64,000 bases of DNA from Tubulanus polymorphus (taxonomy: Eukaryota > Animalia > Nemertea): contig NC_134025.1 of the NCBI RefSeq assembly GCF_964204645.1, positions 19,133,101 to 19,197,100 of the forward strand, in the 5' to 3' direction. The translations under genes were made by a program, and so were the position numbers. This document shows positions 24,300 to 37,386 of this stretch, one piece after another (position 1 is the first letter of the stretch; each line of letters opens with the position of its first letter). Below the pieces are notes generated by a model. The model searched no databases. It saw nothing but the letters and a program-made list of their open reading frames with translations, and was not told the origin of the DNA.

Positions 24300-27200
24300 G
24301 GGTCATTCACTGAATACATCCGTGATGAGCGGATGTGTGTAATAAACAATTTAATAATAATCGAGTAGTTATTATTGGTTTCATTTCCATTTGTTTATTA
24401 TCGCAGGTGGGTGATTTTAATATCTTTATAGCGCCTCTAGTAGGTAGCTGGTTGGAATCGGTGTTTAATGGGTTGTTGTAATAATTCTCAGTTGAAATGG
24501 CTGGGGTTGATAAGGATATCCGATGCCGGAAGTGTTTTGAGTTTTGGCGCCCGGAAGTAATTAGGGTTTCTGCTGCCTTCGCAGAAACCCTATTGTATTC
24601 CTGCTGATTATTATTATTATTAGGGTTTCTGCTGCCTTCACAGAAACCCTATTGTATTCCTGCTGATTATTATTATTATTATTATTATATTCTTTTTCAC
24701 ACTGGATCTTACTGAAAGGATATAAACAACTGCAACTTACTTTCACTGTCGGTGAAACCATTCTGTATCACAAGTACTACGCTGCATTGACAAATACTGT
24801 ATATAATATTAATCAGAATGCCACTGTTTACTCACTGCGAGCCTCTAAAACATCGATATTCTAAATTCTATAAAAATTGATACACATGTACCTGGTTACA
24901 AAACGAAACGAACCCCTTATATGATTAGTTCCCATTTTAACCACTAGGGGGCGTAAATTTTGAAAAATCGATTTCAGCATCCATTTTTCGCATTTTATGC
25001 GGTCTGTTTATTATGAAAATCACAAAACTTGGTATAAGGACAAAGACATGTGTGTAATATGCCATCCTGCATGATTAGTTCATACAACTGCCACTAGTGG
25101 AATGTGAAAACAACGATTTTTGCTCCTAGGTCCTTAACCGTTGGTGATAGAATCGAGGTTGCAATGTGTGGTTAGTAGCCCTTTTCAAGATACTTGTATT
25201 TATGTATGGTTTAAGTAGGTAACTTATATGGTTCTCCAGGAGCGCCACCTACATTTTGCTGGAAATGCATTTTCATTGATAGCTACTAAGCGGATAAAGG
25301 GTCTCTATGAAAATTGATATACATGTACCTTGATATAAGATACAACGAATCCCTAACATAATTAGTTCCTATTCTAACCACTAGGGGCGTTTATGTTGAA
25401 AACTCATTCTAGCATCAGTTTTTTCGATTGTAATTCAGTAGTATGCTAACCGGCAAATTACCGGCCACTTGAACATGGTAAAAGTACCGTATCTTCGTTA
25501 TTCACGGTGTCATATCCCCTAACCTTGGTACATTAGAACTTTTCGCGTAGTATCCCATGTGAATCAACATAGCCATGTTATCAGCTGACCCCTAGGTGGC
25601 GCTCCTCATCCAGCAAGGCAGAAACCTGTTATCGCTGCTTTGCAGCTATATTTATTATTATATTCTTTTTCACACTGGCTCTTACTGAAAGGATATAAAC
25701 AACTGCAACTTACTTTCACTGTCGGTGAAACCATTATGTATCACAAGTACTATGCTGCATTGACAAATACTGTACGTGATATTAATCAGAATTGCACTGT
25801 TTACTCACTGTGAGCCTCTAAACATCGAAATTTAAGCCCGATTCAAACAGTATCCATCTACGTATGTGTTTTGCCTACGTGTCATTCCCACAGTGCGTCA
25901 GTGCGTCTGTTTGTGTCAGTGTCCCTATAAGCAGTGATAGAGCTGGTGTACTAGATCTGTAGTTTTTTAGTATCTTTATATATATGTGGCGCACTGAATG
26001 GGGTCAGTCTCGAGTGAACGCAACTGAGGAATTTTTGTGCCACATATACAAGCAATAGCATCCTTGCAGTAACTTCCCTGGATAGAGCTAATGAATGCAG
26101 CCACGGTATCTATACGCGAGAGCCTGGATGACTATATTCTTCTGCTATCATTACAATATTCCTTGACGGATTTACTTGAAACTTTCGTGAGATGTACGGA
26201 ACACAGGTACCTTGAGGTAAGTCGAAAGGATCTTTTATTTGGGACCCAGTTCACCCACCAGGGCGTGTTATACATTTGAAAATTATGACATCGAAAAGTA
26301 ACTGTGTAAGAAAAATTTTTGTATTTGACTTTTCAGCTTCGGGCGAGCACGAAAGTTGTTCATAACAGCCCGGAGGTTAAAAAAGTCAATGGCACGCCCT
26401 ATCTACGATTAACCGTTTGGGCTCTACGAGCACGAAAATGGGCCCCCAAATTTTGTAATAGATTTTTGCTCCTAGCTCCTTAACCATTGGAGATAGAATC
26501 GTGGTTGCAACGAATGATCAGTAGCCCTTGCGAAGACGCTTTTATTGATGTATGGTATAACTATGTAACTCATATGGTTCTCCAGTAGCGCCACCTATAA
26601 GACGCTGGAATACGCATTCATCTATATCGACTAGGGGTACTAATGGATTTCTATAAAAATTGATACACATGTATCTGGTTACTAAATGAAACGAACCCCT
26701 TATATGATTAGTTCCCATTTTAACCACTAGGGGGCGTAAATTTTGAAAAATCGATTTCAGAATCCATTTTTCGCATTTAATGCGGTCAGTTTATTATGAA
26801 AATCACAAAACTTGGTATACAAAGACATGTGTAATATGCCATCCTGCATAATTAGTTCATACAACTGCCACCAGGGGACCTAGAAAACAATGATTTTTGC
26901 TCCTAGGTCCTTAACCGTTAGCGATAGAATCGAGGTTGCAATGTGCGCGTAGTAGCCCTTGTGGGTCAACATATCCATGTCATAAGTTGACCCCTAGGTG
27001 GCGCTCCTTTAAAAAGAGGAACATTATGAACTGCTTTCGATGAAATGTTTGCACGCACCCTTGTACGACATTGTATCCAGCAAGGCAGAAACCCGTTATC
27101 GCTGCTTTGCAGCTATATTTACATATTTTAATCTCAGTCTATATTTGATAATGTTATGAATTGGGTTATGTATAAGTATTTCTATATGTCACGAGCTAAA

Positions 27201-28401
27201 TTTTGTTAACTCTCCTAGTTGTATTCAGCCGTGTTCATATAAGCTTTAGTGTACATTTAACTACTCATGCAGGGTCTTTTGTCGTTTCGTTGACGAAGCA
27301 GTGTAGCGACGAATGCGTGCCGTCCTTCGACGTGGGCAAACTATAGTTTCTTTGTGGTCGTTGTAATGCTATCGACGACCTATCATATCGTTGCATTCCA
27401 TATTGTGGTAAGTCTATATACGACCTGGTGACCATTTCTCGTGGTCAGAAATTATTTGCAAGCCCGTGAAGCACGGACAGGCTACAGCTGTTCAGAGATG
27501 TTTGCCGCGTGTGATGGGGTAAGGAAAAATTATTTGTATAAACCAGTAGTATTATTGCTAGTAATGTTAATTAGTTCAATTTAGGTAGAATAATTAGCGG
27601 ATTTGGTAATTATTTCATGTTTTCAAATACTATTTTGGCTAATTGTCGTAATTTGTCATTTGGTCATTCGATTCGAATATTTCAAATACTTGTCTCTATT
27701 AAACAAGGCGTTTATAGATGTATGAATTCCTGTTTCACCTTATCATATGTTTGTGATCATATGTATATTTGAATTGTAAATGTTCGTTATGTGTGTATTT
27801 GCAGCTCCTTCTTCTTGCTGTTGTTAGTATCAATAGTATATTCTAATCATTAATACTCATATCACTACATCCGACTCGACTGAGATTCGTCAGCAATCAG
27901 CAATCAGCTATTAACCGAACTGACCCGGATGACTATCGTCACCGTAAACGCCGTCATATACGGACGTCGCCTAATCATCAGAATAACTTTTCTCAAGTTG
28001 ACGGATATCTCCGCTGATCCATAAACGACCATCTTCAATGTGACCACTGCCTTCAATCAGATTCAAATTGTAGTATTTCTATATTATTTTTTTTTTCCGT
28101 TTTTTTTTTTGTGTTAATTAAACTATTTGTAATTATATTTAAGAGTTATCTCAGTAATTCGGTTTTCTTTTTCTGAGGAGTCACTCTCGGTCACGTGTAC
28201 CTCGTGACACTATATCAGTGATCATTAATGAGTAATAAGTATTTGACAAGTATTTCTATATCAGTAATCAATTAATGCAGATTTATATATTGATGGGTCA
28301 TTCACTGAATACATCCGTGAAGAGCGGATGTGTGTAATAAACAATTTAATAATAATCGAGTAGTTATTATTGGTTTCCTTTCCATTTGTTTATTATCGCA
28401 G
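24300..28401 (+). repeat. 107-bp intra-LTR direct repeat (24300-24406 and 28295-28401) bracketing a predicted intron (24407-28401)
   Basis: Starts GGGTCATTC (Inr) and contains AATAAA; copy 1 ends GCAG|GTGGGT, copy 2 ends pyrimidine-rich TATCGCAG|ATC. Confidence 0.85.
24561..27120 (-). mobile_element. Tandem HINE/DINE-1-like elements (family C)
   Basis: Duplicated terminal hairpin AGGGTTTCTG...CAGAAACCCT, (ATT)n microsatellite, internal repeats, and the other end GCAGAAACC.GTTATCGCTGCTTTGCAGCTATATTT at about 25650 and 27120. Confidence 0.8.
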
Positions 28402-28538
28402 ATCGGTTGGCCAGGAGGATCGAGCAGGATCGGTCGGTGAGGTGTCCGACGCAGTGAAGTGGGTGAGTCGTTCTGTAACCCTCATCAGTAGGATCGTTTC
28501 CGGCGTAAGTGCAGCAGCTGTAAAAGCGGCGGCCACAT

Positions 28539-28556
28539 TGGCACCCTCGCTGGGAT
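28539..28556 (+). other. Primer binding site of element 2 (inverted copy at 35380-35397)
   Basis: TGGCACCCTCGCTGGGAT one base after the LTR-terminal CA; cognate tRNA not identified. Confidence 0.75.
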
Positions 28557-28614
28557 AATTGGTATTCGCCGATTGAAATTTGTCCGGCTAGCCTCGGAGG
28601 CTCTGGATGGTAAT

Positions 28615-28902
28615 TTATTCACTGCGACCGACCGGTGTTTATTCACTGCGACCGACCGGTGTTTATTCACTGCGACCAACCGGTGTTTATTCGTTGTGAC
28701 CGACCGGTGTTTATTCGTTGTGACCGACCGGTGTTTATTCGTTGTGACCGACCGGTGTTTATTCGTTGTGATCGACCGGTGGTTATTCGTAGTGATCGAT
28801 CGGTGGTTATTCGTAGTGATCGATCGGTGGTTATTCGTATCGATCGATTGGTATCTATTTGTGGTGAACGACCGCTATTTATTCGTTGTGTTCGACCGGA
28901 AT
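28615..28902 (+). repeat. 24-bp tandem repeat (12 units) in the retrotransposon leader
   Basis: Unit TTATTCGTTGTGACCGACCGGTGT with a gradient of divergence. Confidence 0.9.
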
Positions 28903-29787
28903 TGTTTCGCTCGGAGTGAACGCTGATCGTTTGCGGTAGAGTTCGTGGTGAGAACCAGCCTGGCGAGAATTAGCGCGGTGGTCAGGGATCCATGGTGGTG
29001 AAATAGGAAGAACCTAGGTGAAGAAAAGTTTGGCGAATCGTTAAACTACTGGTAAGCTTCGATAAGTAGTAGTAGAGATAATTGATCGTAATTAACAACT
29101 AAGTTGTGTTGTCTTGTGTGCGTCTACTTGTTTGGTGTGGTGGACATTTTGCTTTATGTTGCGGAGTAAGAGACTCTATTATTATATTTATTTAATTTAT
29201 GGCGTTTTGATTTTTTGCTGCAAGGATTGCGCAATTTATGCTTTATTTTCTGCTTGCTTTAATTTTGCATGATTTATGATTTATGTTGAAACTGCTTATA
29301 TTTGTGTGTTTTATGTGCATGAAGGGAAAAAAATCCTGATAGTGGTTTCGTTCAGTTGTAGCTGTAGATTCTGCTTAATTTTTCTGCATGATTCCAATGT
29401 GAAACATTATGTTCGATTTTTGTTTTGATTTGGCATGTTAGATTTCTTAAAAGATTGAATATTTATTTTGCTTGAAAAGGTGAAAGTATATGTACACGTG
29501 GTTTGAGGATTTCACTTTGTCGAAAAAAAATGTTTGGATTTCTCAGAATAGTAGCTCAAAATGTTTGTTGACTTAGTGTACTCCTGTATTTGTGTTTAGC
29601 TTGGTAAGTGCTTAGATCTGTCATTGTATGTATTGAGGTAGGTTTTATGTTAATCCAACTCAACTGTAAGCCATTTACTGAGAGGGGTATAGGTCAAACA
29701 TAGGTGATTAAGAATTAATACAAACCTGCGATACTGTATATTCTATAATAATTGCTATTACGTGTCGTAATACGTATTACGTGTCGT

Positions 29788-32724
29788 GTACGATCAGAAT
29801 GTAATCGAGCCGGTGCCCCATAACGAAGAATTACCTCATTAAAGATGACACGGGCAGTGGTCCGAGCAGTTTCATTCTTGGTGGGCACTGCAATTGCAAA
29901 TTTGGTGAAATGGTCCGTCATGACCAATACTTTCTCGTATCCCTGCGATTTCTCCAACGTCAGGTAATCTATACACAATACCTCCAAAGGGTAGGACGTC
30001 TGAATATTCTTTAAAGGTGCCAGTTGCCGCTTTGGAAAGAACACATCATTTGCATCCCTTCAAATAATTCTCCACGTCCATACGCATCCCCGGCCAATAG
30101 CATTTTTGTGACAACAGGGCTAATGTTCGGTCCCTGCCTGGATGACCTAGCTCATCGTGAAGGTTCTGCAGAACCCAACCAATCTGCGACTGCGGTAACC
30201 ATAACCTCAATTCCGTCCCTCCATCCCCTGGAACTTCTCTATAAAGTAAACCTTCGCGTACCTCCAAGGATTTAAAAATACGGCTCACAACATACTCTGA
30301 CGGTTTCCTGCGGCGAAATTTTCTCTTGGATACAAAACAATCAACGATCCGCCTGATAATAGGATCCTCATTTTGCAATGATTTTATATCCACAGCTGCC
30401 ATGCCGCTGGATGTCCATTCCGGTGTACGATCGGCATTCCTGCATATCGCAGAAAGCACCTCAGCTGCCATACGATTCAGAGGGCTCCGTGACAGCACAT
30501 CCGCATCCCCCATTCTACATCCGCTTTGATATTCCAGTTCGATATCATAAACCGAAAGCGCTTGTAACCAGCGATGCCCTGTGGCATCAAGCTTGGCCGA
30601 CTTTAGTACGTACGTTAATGGGTTCGAGTCAGTTTTTACCAAACATTTTCCGCCGTAGAGGTAGTCATGAAACTTCTCGGTTACTGCCCATTTCATGGCG
30701 AGAAATTCTAACTTGTGAGCCGGATATTTCCTCTCTGAAGGACTTAACCCGCGACTGGCATCAGTATCACACGCCGTGTTCCATCAGCATCAGTTTGATA
30801 CAGCACTGCGCCCAGACCCGATTGTGCTGCGTCGGTGTGGAGCTCGAACGGCTGTGAAAAGTTCGCAAAACCCAACACCGGAGCCGATGTTAACACTTCT
30901 TTCAACCTAGTGAACGACGTTTCCTCTCGTTCACCCCACTCAATAACTGCATTCCGTTCAACCATTTTCCTCTTTCCCTTCTTGTTAGTTATTCCGGAGA
31001 GAAGTTTCGTATGAGGGGCGGCAATACTAGCGTAGCCCTTGATGAATCGTCGATAATATCCGGAGAAGCCCAAAAATCTTCGAACATCCGCCACAGTTTG
31101 AGGAACACACCAATCCTTGACGGCCGACAGCTTTGAAGGATCAGGTTCAATACCTTTTTCGGACACCTTGTGACCCAGATATATCACGGACGATCTCAAA
31201 AACTCACACTTAGAAGGCTTTAGTTTTAATCCAGCTTCCCTCAAACGATCAAACACCTCCCCAAACGCTCGAGATGTTCCTCAAATGTCGCCGAAAATAT
31301 CAAGATATCATCTATGAACACAATACAATCTCACAAATTCATATCCACTAAAACTCGCTCCATGAGCCTTTGAAAAGTGGAGGGAGCATTTGTCAATCCA
31401 AAAGGCATTCGATTAAACTCCCAAAACCCGAAACCAGGTCCAACATTAAACGCTGTTTTGCCCTTATCCCTCTCACTCATCTCCACCTGCCAGTATCCCG
31501 ATTTTAGATCCAGACTAGTAAAATACTTTGCCCCTGCAACACTAATAACTCGTCTGCTCGAGGCAATGTCTGACGATCTTTAACTGTACGACGATTAAGA
31601 GTCCGGTAATCAACGCAAAATCTCAAGCCACCATCCTTCTTTCTCACAAGGACCACCGGAGACGAGAATGGCGAAAACGAAGGCCTTGTAACACCTGCCG
31701 ATGCCATCATGTTCAGATGATCCCGAACCTCTTGAATCATTGACGGTGGAACCCGTCGATACCGCTCTTTAAATGGAACATTATCGGTTAAATTAATTTC
31801 ATGCTGAATCATAGATGTGCAACCCATATCCGTATCTGAAAAAGAAAACGCTGCCCGTTGTTTCCGCAATGTATCCTTCAATCTAAGGACCTGCTCGGGA
31901 GTAGTGTCACTTTCATCCCACTTAAACAGTTCCAAGAATTTGTCATCCTCCCCTGATCGAATTAATTTAGTCTGCTGTTTTAGTGGGGTTACAGGATCCT
32001 TCATCGCCGGATTCACCTGGTCAACCGCTTCAACCGCGCATATAACAGCCCTAGAGGGAATCGTAACCGGTCGGCAGCCAACATTTCGCACACATACACT
32101 GATCCTATTACATCGGACAGTTACGACCTTGGACAATGTTGGTACTAGCATCAGCGTTCCTGGCAAACTAACTGCTTCTGTTGTGCAAGTCATTGCCATC
32201 CTCGAATCTCGAGGCAGATCCCGAACTATTCCACGGATCGACACTTGACACATCGGAGGAACAGTAACCGTCCCCGTTGTCCTAACGTCCTCCGGTTGTC
32301 TATGTAGGAAGTCTTTTACCATTCCAACCGGTCCATCAGTCGTCCTCAATAACTGCAAAACGTTGGTTCCAATCACGACCGGTACCCTTTTACTATATTC
32401 TGTATCCTCCACGACTAAAACCAAGGCAACCACAGTGTGACCATCCACTGTCATCTTGACCTCAGCACATCCATAATACGGCAAATCTCCTCCACATGCC
32501 GTTTTCACATCAAGGAAATCCTGGACAGGAAAAACTGCAGTATCTGAAAGAGAAATGAAGAAACTGGATGAAACAGTGGTTACTTGAGCACCGGTATCAA
32601 TCAAGGCCGATGTTTTTACATTATTAATTACAATTTCCGCTTCATTAGCTGGACCTACAATCGATGACCTGTCTGACCCAAGGCCCCTGGACCAGACCCC
32701 GACAGGTTTCCCGACCTCAGACAA
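29788..32724 (-). pseudogene. pol: Gypsy pol (PR-RT-RH-IN), frameshifted and truncated inside the integrase
   Basis: LIDTGAQ, FCVDYR, FIDD, HTDA, LHDELGHPG, CIDY and RLHSD motifs; ends abruptly after HSD. Confidence 0.92.
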
Positions 32725-34142
32725 TTCCGCTTGTAATGGTCAAGTCCACCACACTCAAAACAGCCCCGAACTCGATTATGGGGAAAAGGTCCACGACTCG
32801 TATCCTGCCGGCCACGTCGAGCACCACCTCGAGCGAATCCTCGTCCCCGCGGCGTTGGTTGCTCTGGAAACGGACGATTTGGCAATTCCGAAAACTTCCG
32901 TGCATTCTTTAGGTCCAGCACGTCCTTCTTGAGTTCCTTCACCGTCTCCAACAGAGCATCCACTGACTTCTTCAAATCATTATCTCCACCGGCATAAATC
33001 TGTTGTTGCTGGGGTTTTGACGACCTGGAATCTGTTTTTCCTTGGCTGCTCGATTTAGCAAAATCCCCAGTTACCAGACCCAGCTCTTGCTCCAACTTAC
33101 GGGCTTCAATCATTATACTCCGATAGGAATGAATTAATAACAAAGGCCGCAACCCGAGTTTCAATTGACCGTCCCTGAGGCCTTGCCAAAATTGGGTCTT
33201 CAGCTCCTCTTCGTTGAGTTTCCCAGGAGCATGACCGCGTATTTCCTCCAACCTACATGCCCATATATTAACAGTTTCATCTCTCAGTTGGACAGCAGTA
33301 TAGAACTTAGAAAGTACCTGTCCCAGGGTTAAAATCTCCCCAAATAATGTATCCAACCTCTCGAGTACAACTTTCACACTCAGATTCTCTCCCCATTCAC
33401 TCTACATTTGAAAGACAATCTCGAGCGACTCCTTTAAGGGATTTGCAAAGTAAATTCAAAGTTTGCATTTCTGAATGGGCTCCATCAGATTTAAGGCCCA
33501 TTACTTCACTCCGCCATTGACGATAGGGAACATCCGTTCGGTTTATCTCACCCGAAAAGGTACTTAACCGGGGATTTGGTGTTACTACTACGTTTGAATT
33601 GGATACATTGCGCCGCGCCAAGTTATTTTCGGGTGCCTGAAAAGACAGACTCGGCTGAAGTTCCCGTTTAAGGTTTAGTTTTGCTCGATTTTCCGTTTTG
33701 CCGTACATCGCGTAGGTATGAGGCGTATCAAAGGGCAACCTACCTAAATTTACAGACCCACGCGGTCCACTCGGTGGCCCGGGGGTATCGGCGATATCGG
33801 TTAACCGGTTAACCGGTTAACCGCTGCAAAAACGATGCACGCATACCAGTTTGCATTGCCTCCTTCAATACCTGCTTCCGCGATCATTTGTTCACAGTTC
33901 ACTATATGATCATCGCGGATAACCTCAACACGAAGATCTCTCCATTAAATTCAACTATAGCTGCACAAGCCCTTGAAAAAGCTTCAGTTTCAAAGTAAAA
34001 CTATGAGAGCCGTGTCCCCTTCCAAGCGCACCGTATCAATTTGACCAAATCGTTCAAATTCATGTTTGATCACCGCTGTGGTCAAACCCGATGCATTCTC
34101 AAACTTAGCCGAAATAACGCGACCAGCCAGTGACGACGCCAT
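32655..34142 (-). pseudogene. gag: PNMA/Ma-like Gag, frameshifted
   Basis: ATG at 34142 in GTCATGG context; PRLSTFSG...YRQWR, SLKGVA, ETVNIWACRLE and CCHC CFECGGLDHYKRNC. Confidence 0.85.
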
Positions 34143-34143
34143 G

Positions 34144-37100
34144 ACGACACGTAATAGCAATTATTATAGAATATACAGTATCGCAGGTTTGTATTAATTC
34201 TTAATCACCTATGTTTGACCTATACCCCTCTCAGTAAATGGCTTACAGTTGAGTTGGATTAACATAAAACCTACCTCAATACATACAATGACAGATCTAA
34301 GCACTTACCAAGCTAAACACAAATACAGGAGTACACTAAGTCAACAAACATTTTGAGCTACTATTCTGAGAAATCCAAACATTTTTTTTTGACAAAGTGA
34401 AATCCTCAAACCACGTGTACATATACTTTCACCTTTTCAAGCAAAATAAATATTCAATCTTTTAAGAAATCTAACATGCCAAATCAAAACAAAAATCGAA
34501 CATAATGTTTCACATTGGAATCATGCAGAAAAATTAAGCAGAATCTACAGCTACAACTGAACGAAACCACTATCAGGATTTTTTTCCCTTCATGCACATA
34601 AAACACACAAATATAAGCAGTTTCAACATAAATCATAAATCATGCAAAATTAAAGCAAGCAGAAAATAAAGCATAAATTGCGCAATCCTTGCAGCAAAAA
34701 ATCAAAACGCCATAAATTAAATAAATATGATAATAGAGTCTCTTACTCCGCAACATAAAGCAAAATGTCCACCACACCAAACAAGTAGACGCACACAAGA
34801 CAACACAACTTAGTTGTTAATTACGATCAATTATCTCTACTACTACTTATCGAAGCTTACCAGTAGTTTAACGATTCGCCAAACTTTTCTTCACCTAGGT
34901 TCTTCCTATTTCACCACCATGGATCCCTGACCACCGCGCTAATTCTCGCCAGGCTGGTTCTCACCACGAACTCTACCGCAAACGATCAGCGTTCACTCCG
35001 AGCGAAACAATTCCAGTCGAACACAACGAATAAATAGCGGTCGTTCACCACAAATAGATACCAATCGATCGATACGAATAACCACCGATCGATCACTACG
35101 AATAACCACCGATCGATCAATACGAATAACCACCGATCGATCACTACGAATAACCACCGGTCGGTCACAACGAATAAACACCGGTCGGTCACAACGAATA
35201 AACACCGGTCGGTCACAACGAATAAACACCGGTCGGTCACAACGAATAAACACCGGTCGGTCGCAGTGAATAAACACCGGTCGGTCGCAGTGAATAAACA
35301 CCGGTCGGTCGCAGTGAATAAATTACCATCCAGAGCCTCCGAGGCTAGCCGGACAAATTTCAATCGGCGAATACCAATTATCCCAGCGAGGGTGCCAATG
35401 TGGCCGCCGCTTTTACAGCTGCTGCACTTACGCCGGAAACGATCCTACTGATGAGGGTTACAGAACGACTCACCCACTTCACTGCGTCGGACACCTCACC
35501 GACCGATCCTGCTCGATCCTCCTGGCCAACCGATCTGCGATAATAAACAAATGGAAAGGAAACCAATGATAACTACTCGATTATTATTAAATTGTTTATT
35601 ACACACATCCGCTCTTCACGGATGTATTCAGTGAATTACCCATCAATATATAAATCTGCATTAATTGATTACTGATATAGAAATACTTGTCAAATACTTA
35701 TTACTCATTAATGATCACTGATATAGTGTCACGAGGTACACGTGACCGAGAGTGACTCCTCAGAAAAAGAAAACCGAATTACTGAGATAACTCTTAAATA
35801 TAATTACAAATAGTTTAATTAACACCAAAAAAAAAACGGAAAAAAAAAAATAAAATAGAAATACTACAATTTGAATCTGATTGAAGGCAGTGGTCACATT
35901 GAAGATGGTCGTTTATGGATCAGCGGAGATATCCGTCTACTTGAGAAAAGTTATTCTGATGATTAGGCGACGTCCGTATATGACGGCGTTTACGGTGACG
36001 ATAGTCATCCGGGTCAGTTCGGTTAATAGCTGATTGCTGACGAATCTCAGTCGAGTCGGATGTAGTGATATGAGTATTAATGATTAGAATATAGAATATA
36101 CTATTGATACTAACAACAGCAAGAAGAAGGAGCTGCAAATATACACATAACGAACATTTACAATTCAAATATACATATGATCACAAACATATGATAAGGT
36201 GAAACAGGAATTCATACATCTATAAATGCCTTGTTTAATAGAGACAAGTATTTGAAATATTCGAATCGAATGACCAAATGACAAATTACGACAATTAGCC
36301 AAAATAGTATTTGAAAACATGAAATAATTACCAAATCCGCTAATTATTCTACCTAAATTGAACTAATTAACATTACTAGCAATAATACTACTGGTTTATA
36401 CAAATAATTTTTCCTTACCCCATCACACGCGGCAAACATCTCTGAACAGCTGTAGCCTGTCCGTGCTTCACGGGCTTGCAAATAATTTCTGACCACGAGA
36501 AATGGTCACCAGGTCGTATATAGACTTACCACAATATGGAATGCAACGATATGATAGGTCGTCGATAGCATTACAACGACCACAAAGAAACTATAGTTTG
36601 CCCACGTCGAAGGACGGCACGCATTCGTCACTACACTGCTTCGTCAACGAAACGACAAAAGACCCTGCATGAGTAGTTAAATGTACACTAAAGCTTATAT
36701 GAACACGGCTGAATACAACTAGGAGAGTTAACAAAATTTAGCTCGTGACATATAGAAATACTTATACATAACCCAATTCATAACATTAACAAATATAGAC
36801 TGAGATTAAAATATGTAAATATAGCTGCAAAGCAGCGATAACGGGTTTCTGCCTTGCTGGATACAATGTCGTACAAGGGTGCGTGCAAACATTTCATCGA
36901 AAGCAGTTCATAATGTTCCTCTTTTTAAAGGAGCGCCACCTAGGGGTCAACTTATGACATGGATATGTTGACCCACAAGGGCTACTACGCGCACATTGCA
37001 ACCTCGATTCTATCGCTAACGGTTAAGGACCTAGGAGCAAAAATCATTGTTTTCAAGGTCCCCGGGTGGCAGTTGTATGAACTAATTATGCAGGATGGCA

Positions 37101-37386
37101 TATTACACATGTCTTTGTACTTATACCAAGTTTTGTGATTTTCATAATAAACTGACCGCATTAAATGCGAAAAATGGATTCTGAAATCGATTTTTCAAAA
37201 TTTACGCCCCCTAGTGGTTAAAATGGGAACTAATCATATAAGGGGTTCGTTTCGTTTAGTAACCAGGTACATGTGTATCAATTTTTATAGAAATCCATTA
37301 GTACCCCTAGTCGATATAGATGAATGCGTATTCCAGCGTCTTATAGGTGGCGCTACTGGAGAACCATATGAGTTACATAGTTATAC
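34144..37386 (-). repeat. Right arm of the inverted duplication (leader, PBS, partial LTR 35399-36816, partial HINE C)
   Basis: Reverse complement of 26555-29768. Confidence 0.95.
35010..35321 (-). repeat. 24-bp tandem repeat (13 units)
   Basis: Inverted copy of 28615-28902 with one extra unit. Confidence 0.9.

Larger units (their letters stand above)
24206..28537 (+). repeat. 5' LTR of Gypsy element 2 (about 1.77 kb net), interrupted by a HINE at 24561-27120
   Basis: TGTGGC...GCCACA terminal inverted repeats; host repeat on the left, PBS on the right. Confidence 0.85.
26555..29768 (+). repeat. Left arm of a 3.2-kb inverted duplication
   Basis: Reverse complement of 34144-37386 with scattered SNPs and small indels. 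Confidence 0.95.

Noticed and set aside
33796-33822. (GGTTAACC)x3 palindromic microrepeat in gag of element 2
   Set aside because: Most simply local slippage in a decayed ORF.
28573-35566. Paired periodic ORFs (LFVVTDRC / FIRCDRPV) as genes
   Set aside because: They arise from the 24-bp leader array, start at non-ATG codons, and are paired only because of the inverted duplication.
26555-37386. DIRS-like or Polinton-like element with long inverted terminal repeats
   Set aside because: The interior is ordinary Gypsy gag-pol with a DDE integrase, truncated at a repair scar; the arms include part of a HINE, so they are a secondary duplication.
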